Assembly (NCBI GenBank): GCA_965637545.1
Contig: OZ281497.1
Location: 6,138,001 to 6,202,000 of the forward strand
Length of the DNA: 64,000 nt
Direction: 5' to 3'
Source of the DNA: Phallusia mammillata
Lineage: Eukaryota
A program made the translations under genes and the position numbers. Shown piece by piece: positions 34,693-46,600 of the stretch (position 1 is the first letter of the stretch; each line of letters starts with the position of its first letter). Below the pieces are notes generated by a model. That model did no database searches and was not told the DNA's origin. It was given only the letters and a program-made list of their open reading frames with translations.

Positions 34693-37600
34693 ATGTTTCA
34701 TGCCGTGATATGTTTTGCTTGGTTTATGGTATTACCATTGAGTCAGACACATGTTCCAGCGATTAAACAAACGACTGGTAAGTTTTATTATGTGTTCAAA
34801 GTAACTGAAAGTAGATGAAACTCCATTGCGCTAAGTTAAATCTAATCGTGAGGCTGACCGCTACTGCAACTGCTTAGCGTGTGATCTTAAATTTATTGTT
34901 TGTTATTAGACATTCATTGCGATGAACCATTTGTCATAAACTCCACCAGTGGTTTCATCACATCCCCATTGTACCCGGAAATTTATCCTCGTGGTCTTCA
35001 ATGTGAATGGAGAATTGAGGTTCCCAGCGATAAGGTTTACTTTTATTATTGTGATATGTGCCAAATATTTTAATTCAAGATTTACAAGACTTTTTGCTTG
35101 GCAGTCCCGGAAACCTGAGAATAACACATAAGGGCTGCACAGCTGCACAGCTGCGCAGCTACACATAAGGGCTGCATAGGACGCAAAGCAATAAAAGAAA
35201 GGCCTGCGTCATATCCAAAGTTTATTTGATGTCACATGTTTTGACTTGTAAATATGGAGGGTTTATGTATAAGAGTATCTTCTACCGACCAATGCTCCTT
35301 TAGTAATAACGGAAAGGGCAATTGTTAGCATTATTATTTTACTTTTGTTGTGGCAATGCTGCGAAGCTTGTCAAATTACCCCACCTTTTGTAATATAACT
35401 TGAGTAAAATAGCTTAAAGTGGTCAACTCTAACGCTTTTAGTGGTTAATAATATATGTGTTTGGCTCAGACCGCGAGCATAAACAATAAGTGCACCCGTG
35501 GAAAACAAATGTAAATACAGTTTAAAGGACTTTGGCAAGCGCTAATACATTTTCAGTGTTTCACACGCAAATCTGGGTACATTTAATGGCCGGTTGGGCC
35601 TTATAGTATAGATTGATGACACTTGTTGTATTGCGATATACGCAGAATAGTAACTAACAACGTTCTTGGTACCTTCTAAGTGAGCTAAATTAATATTTCT
35701 TCAAATAAAAGATTAAACTAACACTGATCGTCTACCGCTCGTTTTGGGTATATTTGGTATAAGTATGTGCAGTTTCGAAAAAACCAACATGTATGACAGT
35801 TTTGCAATCATTTCGGGCATCACAGTATGAACAGAATGTTCCTCAAAAGAGTGGACATGCCTCTATGAAGTAAAAATGGTTCATCTTTACCTTTATAGGT
35901 ACTTTACGTATTACTGTAATGATTGTTTTGCCTTTAGAACGAATTCATACTGTGCTTTGACGCGCAGGGTCCGCCACAGTGCTCTAAAAGGCCATCATAC
36001 CATCAGCGCCTATGGTAATAAGACCAAGAATGCTATTTGTTGTTTCACAGGTCTCTGTCATTTCGTTTAACGATGTTAATATTCACTGCGGGTATGACTA
36101 CATGCAAGTTTTGGACGGCGAAGAACAGGTAATTGCTTTATTTAATATTGTTAATCAGATAATCTGTTCGTTTGTGCCAAAATTTTCCCAATACTATAAA
36201 ACAACCAAAATAATATGTGTTATGATCGGTAAACATTTAAGCAGATTTATGTTTAATAACAGCCTAATCATGAACAAGCTTTTTAAAAACCATATATACC
36301 AATTAAAAACTAGGACAAAAGTTCTAGTACGTTTAATGAAATGCAATAAATTCATATAATGCAGCCTTATAAATCGCCATCAAAAGCGAAATTACTCGCG
36401 ACAATTTATTTGTTTACCTTAAGTACACAGGAAGGAAGTTATGCGGAACAACAAGTCCAAAAAATTTCACAGCTTTTAACAACATAGTGACTGTTCGATT
36501 AGTATCAGACAGCTACGAATATTACAACACGAGCCGCGGTTTCAACATTTCCTGGCATACGATAGGTGGGTAATTAGTAGCAGTTAAATTGTTTATTTAA
36601 TTACCATACTTTTTGAGTTGTGATGGTAATTTTACGTTTCATGAATTACAAGTCCCATATTGTAACATACAATAATGTTTATCAATATTCCGGGGGTTGC
36701 AAGAATGTTTTGCATGTTGCACAAGAACTCGCACGTCAGATTGTTATTTATAGACAACACTGTTCTTAACATTGAAAAAGGCACGAAAGAAAATGAAGGT
36801 TAGTGGAGACATAAAGCTTGTTTTGTCTGACATAACCACCAACGGTTGACTGCGCACTGTAAAATGATGACTGTCACACTAATATTCGGTTGTAAATGCT
36901 GAATGTGCATACACATTCCACTACTTACAAGTAAGTTAGTAAAAAGCACACATGAGGGTCGCGTTTTGTTGGAAAACCTATGTAAGGGGGTCGCGTAAAA
37001 GATGTTAGGAGCTTGCTGAAAGCTGGGACGTTTATGCTCCTACTAAAGAGCTTTGTTTCAGATCGCTGTAACGTGAATGAGTTCACATGCTGGAATGGTT
37101 CTTGCATCCCCGAAACCAAACACTGCGATCTAGTGGATGATTGCATGGACAACAGTGACGAAATTGAATGTGGTAAGCAGTCATTACGTTAAGCGCCGAC
37201 TGAAATTTTGTTTTTTTAAAGAAGAAACCACCGGTTAAGGGAAAAAACGTTATTGTGGAACTCTTTTTTACATTCATGGCAATGCATCAGCATGACACAT
37301 ATTGAATCGACTTACGTCAGTTTTTAAGTTTGAGCTAACACCTATCATTTGCTGACATATCTGTGCAGCTTTAGCAATAAGAGTTTGGCAAATTTGACAT
37401 GACGAGATTGGGGTTCATGAAACCTCGACTTTTCGATAACGCGGTGATACTGCATGGGCTGGCACTAGCAATTCCACCAAGGAAATTTTAATAGGTTTTC
37501 TAAGCGTTAAGCATCTGGATTTTGGGCAAGAAACTCATCATTTCTACTCAGTTACCAACGCTAGGATGTGATGGTCGCAAAAAGTAAGGGTTTTTTCAGC

Positions 37601-40600
37601 GATTGTTGTTCTAAGTTGCTGAGCTTTCACAATTTGTTTACATTTTTACTTCCTCGCAACCAAACATTTGCCAAATATATTAACAGACTTTATTAAACAA
37701 TGATTACAAACAGTTCTATGCCTTGTATGTAATTCAATCCTTAGTTATACTTTTTCAACCATGATTACTGCGGTTTACGATTACAACAGACTGCTTTGTT
37801 TTCAGCACATGATTCAAGAAACTTGTCTGAATGCGGAAAACCCTCGGTGGCTCCACATTTTACGTGGGTAAGCTTCGAATTGCAGTTTGACAAATGCATG
37901 TGTTGCAGGTTCAAAACCGTGGCGTAATAAAATAGGTTTATATTACATTACTTTGTTTGTTTCATCAACATCGTTAACATGATTGGGTTACACCTCAACA
38001 ATATAGCAGAGTTCAGTTTGCAAATTTTCCTTTGTGTTGCTAAAATGTTTTGGATAACAACTAAGTCGATTTTGTTTATTTTTCTTATGAAAGTTCTGTT
38101 TATATACTAAACGAGGAACTTTACTTTTGAAAGTTGTGACATTTGTTAAGAGCATTGCCAACATAAGTTCAATATGTATTGTAGGATCCTCGTATTGTTG
38201 GTGGCAATGAAGTCAGCTCCGAAAGCTGGCCGTGGCAGATTGCATTGACATACTATCCTGGTGGCAGATCGTTTTGTGGAGGTTCTATCATCAACGACAG
38301 ATGGGTGGTAACCGCTGCCCGCTGTGTAGGCTATGTGTATAGGTAAGTAAGCCGTTAGTCACAGGTACAAGTTCCGTCTATTAACCTGTCCATAATTTAG
38401 GTGTCTGCCTTGTGTTGCACCATTTTGGCTCTCTGTAATTTTAGACCCATTAGCCATATTTAAAAATTGACTGTATACCTCTTGTGCCTTTTTTACTTAC
38501 CTGTGTGGTAACTGTCAGACTGCCTAATATTCCGCCATTTACCTATGTCACTGACTACCTTGTGCTAAAGAGTTTTCAGATAAATTTAATGAATGGTGCA
38601 AAACATTTTGTGCTCTTATATGCTCACCGATCGTAATCTCTACCATTGATGTAGAACACTACACGTTGTTGCTGGACGCCATGAAGCTAGCGGTTTAATT
38701 GACGAAGTTTCAATACAGGTCGAACGTATAATAATTCATCCAATGTTTCTGTAAGTATATTGTTAAGGTAATGTTGCTCAGAAAGCGATTATGATATGTA
38801 TATATTTTTTTTTCAGCAACTCATTTAGGGTTTCTGACATTGCGTTATTGAAACTAAACTCGTCACTGAACTTTAGCGACACCATACGACCAATTTGCGT
38901 CCCCACAAACACTTCTAATTTCTATGTTAAAGCTGGGTTAATATGCGTGTCCACAGGATGGGGAGATACAGGTAAAATGTTAAGTGTAATTTATTGTAGT
39001 ACTACGCGGACATTATTAATGTTATAACGCTTTGTGCGATTTTTATGGGTAAGTTTGATTGTAACGGTTGATTCTTTAATTCCAGATGAATTGTTCCAAG
39101 TGAGGCTGCCAGCAGTGGCAAACGAGGAATGCCATCAAATATACAATCGTTCCGGAGAAACCATTCACGACAGCAACATATGTGCTGGTGATGTTGAAAC
39201 TGGAGGAGTTGGTCCTTGTCATGTACGACTTAAACTTTATAACTTAAAATGTGAAATAGTGCAATGAATCTCTCAACTGGAACGAAATACCTATTTTTGT
39301 ACATAACCTCTTGCAAAAACACATCACTTGTTATAACTTAGTTTTGCAGTTTTACCTTAGTAATATTGATTTCGGACTAAGTTAGGACTTTGTATTTCAA
39401 AAAGGTGTCGGGTTAAAAGGTGTTTTTTGCGGTTAAACTTGCAACCAGTATAATCTGTTCCAGCGTTTGTTACAAAAGAATGACAAGATAACTTGCAGTT
39501 ACCGATTTTATTTGTTCTGTACCTATTAGCTTTACCAGAGAAAGCACAACGTTTTTTTTAGTTTGCAGTTAAAGTTTTGTTTTCAGGGAGATAGGGGAAG
39601 TCCCCTAACCTGCTACATCGGAAACACTTGGTATTTAATGGGAATAACATCATGGGGTTACGGATGCGGTACAAATGTTCCTTGGGTGTTTACAAGGGTT
39701 ACTTGGTTCCATGACTGGATACAAGAAGGTAAATGAGATGAAACTAAACCCTTTCAACATCTAATAAAATTAAAGCGTTTCAGTTAAAATTAAAGTCGAG
39801 TTTACTTACTTTAATTTTAATTGTACATTTATTTTTACAGTTATGGCGAGGAAAGTGGGTGAGTAGTGCAGTAGTTTGTGTGTAAAATTCGAACGTAAAG
39901 TGACAATAGTGGCGGCAACCATATTGGTGTAAGTAAAAAGCTGTATTGGTATATCGTATCGGAAAAAAAAAAAATAAAACGAAAAAATCCATAATTTTGT
40001 GTTTTTTTGCTTCGGCAATATCAGCTAAATGTTGTATTTATGAAACAACAAATCTTGATTGACAGCACAAAAGAATTTGCATCATTGATCAACCCAGTTT
40101 TGTTTTTGCAGATAGCTGTGGAGACAGGGTTTTTACAGATATAACTGGTAATTTTTCTTCACCTCAGTTTGATGGAGAATTGCTGCCATACAACAAAGTT
40201 TGTGTGTGGACAATACTGGCTCCTGAAAACTTGGTACTTTAAGTCCCGCAAAAACATAGTTAGCGGAATGTTGAACAATCATTAACAAATTTAATTTTTC
40301 TAAATAACCCTTTTTACAAAACGCACCTAAAAAATAATATAGTTTTCTGCTCAAACTATTCCTAAACGTCATATAATAGTTGAATACCAATTTTTATACA
40401 TATTTTTGGAGGTTTAGCCTGCAACGGGGTAATGGAAACAAAAACTTGCAATTACAACACGATAATATGCCGATGTAACAAATGAGTAACATGATGATCA
40501 TTGTCAAACTGTCGAATGTAAAAGACAATTGGCTAAACTTTTATTTTTTTTGCATTTAAAATAACTTGTTTGTACCGATCAGTAATTTGGTACAAACGTA

Positions 40601-43600
40601 AATGACCTGTAATTTTAAGGGTTAATGTTGAAAGTTGAAAATCAGTTAAAGTGGTAGTTTTATAAACGGGTTTAAGCAAAGAGATATTGCCCACACTTTT
40701 GTTAAGTCAGGTTCTTTTTCAGCTGATCGAAGTTCGATTCGTCGACGTAATTGATCATGCCTATTGTCGTCAAACCCGACTGGCAGTTTACGATGGGGAG
40801 AGTCTTGTAAGTGCGACTAATAGATTTTTCCACTTTGATTTTGTTTTTTTGGTGAGGACTATTTGTTGCTCTTAATTCAGAACAGTGGCGTAACCAGGGC
40901 AAATGTTTCGTGTTACAGGTGTTTTGCGTTTGGGTCGGGGGGACTTTATGGCCCCGCTATACGAGCTGAAAGCACTTTTTAGTTCCATAGCCGGAACAAA
41001 AATTTACAAGTTGGTGTATAACACCGAGTAATGGGACCTACATGCATTGTCAAAGTGTTTTGGGGAGCGAGCAAATTCGCTTTGGTCTATTCTGGCTGCG
41101 AAAACTAAGACATGTAATACCATTGTTGATTCAAAAGGTGCATTTCCAAATCGCACCACTTTTTGTTGCCACTTTAACTGCAGTTAACTTGGAATATTCT
41201 GCATATTTTTTACAGTACACAAATTATGAGCATTGTCTCTATCTAAAATTGCAAGATTTCATTTCATCAACAAACAATGTGACATTTGTGTTTCGAGGAA
41301 GTAATAAGTTTTCAATTCACGTTTCCTGGGAAATGAAAGGTATTACTTTAATTTGACGTTAATTGGTTTCGCTTTTTATCCCTAATGGAACGGGTTGGGG
41401 TTTTAAAATTACCCGTAATAAACACAGTTATAACATTTTTCAGAGAAATGTAGAAACAATGGCTTTGCTTGTTGGGACGGATCTCAATGTATTTCTGAAT
41501 CTTCGACATGTGATGGAGTAAGAGATTGTGCGGATGATAGTGATGAAATTGAATGTGGTGAGTGATAGTTTGCAGTATGTTTGTTGACGTTATATGGAAT
41601 TGTTAAAACGATCGACATGCAATAAATTGTAGGGTCAAATTTGTCAAAAATACAACATAAATTCAATACCTGTTGGTTGGTATATTTTTAAAAAGTATTA
41701 ATTACGTAAGCTTAGATGCTGTGCGTTGTGTTTATTTCAGCTCAACCATCATCAAACTTTGGTGAATGTGGAAAAACAGATGTTGCTCCTGGTTTTACTT
41801 GGGTAAGAACAATACATGATTTGGAACGGAATAATAGTAAAACACGTGTTTATTCCATGTTTTCATTATTTGCAGATAAACGCTTATGACTAAGCTTTTT
41901 TTGTGTTTTCATTATTTGCGGATAAACGCTTCTAAAGTTTGTTGAAAGAAGGTGAAAGGTATTTCAACTAATATTTTAATGGCACCTGTTGTGCTTGGAC
42001 TGCAAAATCCTATCAAACAAATGGAAGGCGATTAACAATACTTATATTTTTAAAATCTGACAGTCTAAACTCGTTTACAGAATCCTCGTATAGTTGGAGG
42101 CAGCAAACCTACCAATGTTTCATCCTGGCCTTGGCAAGCATCAATCTATATATATGATTATTATGCGAAATGCAGTGGTTCAATCGTCGGCTCAAAATGG
42201 GTCATGTCGTCTGCTAGTTGCCTACAATATTGGTACGACTGGTTGTAAATGCATTATACGTTTAGCACATAGAATAATGTACTGCGCGGTTGTCGATGTC
42301 CCTGCAGGAATAGCTATGACCTATCGGTGGGGGTGGGTCCGAACGGAACTTTCTATACAGTGGTGTCAGTCACTTCTCATCCCAACTATGGGAATTACTA
42401 CAGCGACATTGAATACGATATCGCGATTGTAGAAGTGTCTCCAGCGTTTACATTCTCATCAACACTTCGACCTATTTGTCTTTCTATGAACGACGATGAC
42501 ATCAAGATAGGAGAAACGTGTATCGCCATTGGTACTGGTTATAATGGTAAGATTTGTTCTAACTTGTTTAACTTAAATTTCTTAAATTTATTGAAATTTT
42601 CTTAAATTTATTGTTGATCTTGCAGGAAGAAACTGTTAATCATTAGTTTTTGTTATTAAGCCATACTCTAGTCTTTCCCATGGTTTTGCAGGCGTGGCAT
42701 ACGATTCGAAACTGTATCAAGTTCGTCTTCCGGTTCTTGACTACAAAACTTGTAGAAATTACACATACCACAATTTTACCGAGGACGCTGTATTTTGTGC
42801 TGGATACACTGATGGGAGAGAAACCGGTACATGTTATGTAAGTCTGTATGCAGTTGAGTGTACCCAAGTCTTTTGAACTACTTATAATGGCGCATAATGT
42901 GAGGTTACACCCACCGAACAAGTAACTTTATAGTCTTAGCCGTTTTACGGAATATTTTCCTAACATACCGACGCAAATAAAAAGAATTGTTTTCGGATGT
43001 TATAGAGTGACCAAGGTGGCCCACTGATGTGTTTAATTGAAGAAAATACTTGGACTCAAATAGGCGTCGCCTCATCAGCCACTACCTGTTATTCAGGAAT
43101 ACCCAGTGTCTTTGTAAAAACATCTTTTCATGCTGAGTGGATTGCCAATGGCAAGTTTTCGGTTGTTATTTGTAACGCAGAAATATTTTTTTGTTTTGGA
43201 AAATTGACTAGCTTAATCAAACGAAGCCTAATACTTTACGGTCTAGTGTATTAGCTTAATATTGTCACCTTTCAAATTTGTATGAATGTAGGCTATTTCG
43301 ATTTAATTATGTTTTGGTCAATATCCATTTGAAACATATTGCACGTTTTCCATTCACACAAGAAAATTTATTATTTTTATTTTTAGTGCCAGGGAGACAA
43401 TACAATGGTGAGTTACACACTTTACTTAGTTTCTTAGTTCGTTAGCTTTGTCATTAAGTCTCGCTTTGAGTTGGTCAATTTATATGTTAAATACAAACGG
43501 TAGAGCTAATAGCATCGGTATTTTCATATACAAAAGTACAAACCTAGATCAAACCGATTAGCCTAATCACATACCCATTTCCCCAAATTATTTAGTACCA

Positions 43601-46600
43601 AAGAAATAAAACCGTTTAAACGCTATTTTTGCAAAAAATAGTGCAGCTATGAGCCCAAGTGCTAATTTACTCTTTTCCAGGTAAACCTAAGTAACTATGA
43701 CGCCCATCTACAGCGTCAGTGGTTCCTTGGAACTTAAAGAAGATATTTTTTAGATCATGGTAATTGTACAGTAAAACTCCGATGGTACTAAAGTGCCACG
43801 TGACAAGTCCACGATTAATGGGTCCAGTTCTAATGAATCTCCCTTTTGCTTCTAGTCCGCATTAAAAATGTGTGATACACATAGCCTGGAACATTTTTTT
43901 CAGATCCAAGTATGCCAAAAACCTCCACCAGTTTTCCAACACCGCCACCGCTTACTACCATCCAACCAACGGGTACGAGTATGAAATAAGTTTTTTTTAA
44001 CTGTTTTAACTGATTTTTTCTTATGTTTTTTGACATGCAGTCAGATGTCTTCCGTCCTTATTTCTAACCTAAGATTTTTTTTTTTTTCGACGACACTTCA
44101 GCAAATATGAACGCCTTTATTTCCTAAAAATGTCCTAATTTGTGACCTACTTTCGTACATACGAAACAAAGACTACTACTAGCATTAACAGCACAGTGGC
44201 TACCAAGATTAGTTTGTAGAAGTTTCAGCGAATATCTATTTTAGCGTATGACGCAAGGCTAAAATCAAAACAAACGATTTGAAATCAGTAGCCTGAATGC
44301 AAACATTTCCGTCAACTCGTTTTGAACCGATCAAGTTTGTTACAGGATGTGGGTCGCAAAACTACACGTCATCGTCTGGTGTTATTACGTCTCCCGGTTA
44401 CCCTGGAAACTACTCCAACAACTTGCATTGCGAATACTTTATTTCTGCTTTGCCACACTTGGTAAGTGATTTAGAAAGTCCATCTTTTTTCACAAAAAAT
44501 GCTTTATGTAATATAACGCATAACATCGAACATTTAGAGTCAATATAGATATTTATTAAAACGTAAAGGCAGTTTGCCCGCGCAATTGCTGTATCCTTAT
44601 TCTAGAAATATGAAAAAATATTGCGATTTTTAGGGTTTCTTTTGCTTATTTTGGTGGATTTTTTTAAATTATCTATTTACAGTTGATAGAAATCTCGTTT
44701 GGTCGTTTTGATATCGAAAATCACTACCATTGCATTTGGGACTACTTAGAAGTTTACGATGGTACAGAACTGGTAAGCGTAAAGAACTTGATTATCCTTA
44801 GAATATCTGTTCAAATGGTAAGAATTTCAAACATTAACATCGCATACAAGCCAAACGAAAACTGTGCAGCAATATAAAGAAAATGCCTAAAATAAACATA
44901 TGGAGTAACAAAACAAAAACGTTTAAACAATTCACGAGGAATCTACCGAGGGCATGTATACCCTTACTTTACACTGGAACACGATTATGTGGTGATCAAG
45001 CCCCATGGAACTTTGCAGCGTTTTCTACAACAGTGCGTATTGTTTTTCATACGGACTATATCCAAGTTCGAAGTGGGTTTGCATTATCATGGCGGACAGC
45101 AGGCAAGTAATGTCCGTATTGTTTAGAATAAAAAGTCTCAGATGTCCATCTTTACCCTGTGGATTTGTATCTCTAATCTAGCCTACTGTTCTTTTTGCAT
45201 GTTCCCACGATAACATTTTTTAATCATATTTTTGTCGTTCCAGCTGCTTAGCAGTAAAAGTGGTTTAATTTATGCCTGAGAGGTCATACAACTTAATCAA
45301 TCTTAACTTCTTGTAAATTATATGGTTGCTAAACTACTTTCCATTAGAGTATCTATTTTGCAGTGCGCTGCAGTGATAGTCAGTTTACGTGTTGGGATGG
45401 AAGTTGTATAGCGGAGATCCAACATTGCGACGAAGTCGGCGACTGCCCACATGGAGAGGATGAGATTGAATGCAGTAAGTAAAGTACTATTGAAATACAA
45501 GCAAGTATTGCCCATGTAAACAGTTTTTTAAACATAACCAATCATGGGTTAGGATTTTTCTTTAACTGCATGGTAATGTAAATGAACTTACGTAGATGTA
45601 ACGAATTTGCATTTATTGCAATGTTATGTTGGATTTCAGTGCAGGGATTGGGATCCAATGTTCATTGTGGAACTGTTGACGTACCACCAAGTTTTTTATG
45701 GGTATGAGAATTTGCATTATTCTTCAACATTTGCCTTATTTTTGCATATCTAATCCAACGTAAGTATTTCAATATTGTTTAAGACTCAAGACATAGTTGT
45801 GAAAATAGTCACTCGTGTTGACCTCTAGTCAAGTTAGTTATCCTTTCACCCAAACGTGACTTAAGCCGATAGGTATTAGGTTTTCAGCACTAGAATTCTA
45901 TACGAGTCTGCCAGATTTTATACAGAAAACGTAAAAATGTGTGGTTGATGATTGTGTAAAAAATGTTTCAGCTATTCCATGAAAATGCATATTTAGCCCA
46001 ATTTATTCTTGCTTCAGAATCCTCGTATAGTTGGTGGAAGTCCCGCAGAACCTGGTTCCTACCCGTGGATGGCTATGCACACTGATCAACAAGACAATCT
46101 TGTCTGTGGTGGTACCATTATCACTGACAACACCATTCTTACCGCTGCTCACTGTGTAGAGGAAAATTGTTATGGGTAAGCTTTGTTGTTAATGCTTTTC
46201 ATTAGGGTAAGATTTAATGTTACTAGTTATAAGTTTACTCGTGCTAAAACGAATATCAGTAGTAGGGAGATGGGCCGTAGATTCTCCAGTTCCGTGCAAG
46301 ACATCCGGTTACCTTGACCTTGACCTTGAATACGTCTTAAGACTTCCGCAGGAAGTCTTGGCTACACGTCTTGGTTTCCGACTTCCCCATCTTGAACACG
46401 TCTTGGTTTCCGACTTCCCCATCTTGAAGACGTCTTGAAGATGTGTATTTCCCCATTCTTGAAGATGAGGCCTTTTCCTGACTTCCGAAGGAAGTCTTAC
46501 CTTGGTGCAAGTATCCGGTGACGTTGCAGGTGTTTCTTGGAATTTCAAAGGCTGTGTAAGACTTGCGCAAGACCTGTTTATTACCTGGAATTTCAAAGGA

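Noticed and set aside
35130-35180. Short ACACATAAGGGCTGCA / CAGCTG repeats
   Set aside because: A small local slippage duplication in an intron with no further structure.
40884-40970. CAGTGGCGTAACCAGGG as a MITE end
   Set aside because: No convincing partner TIR or TSD.
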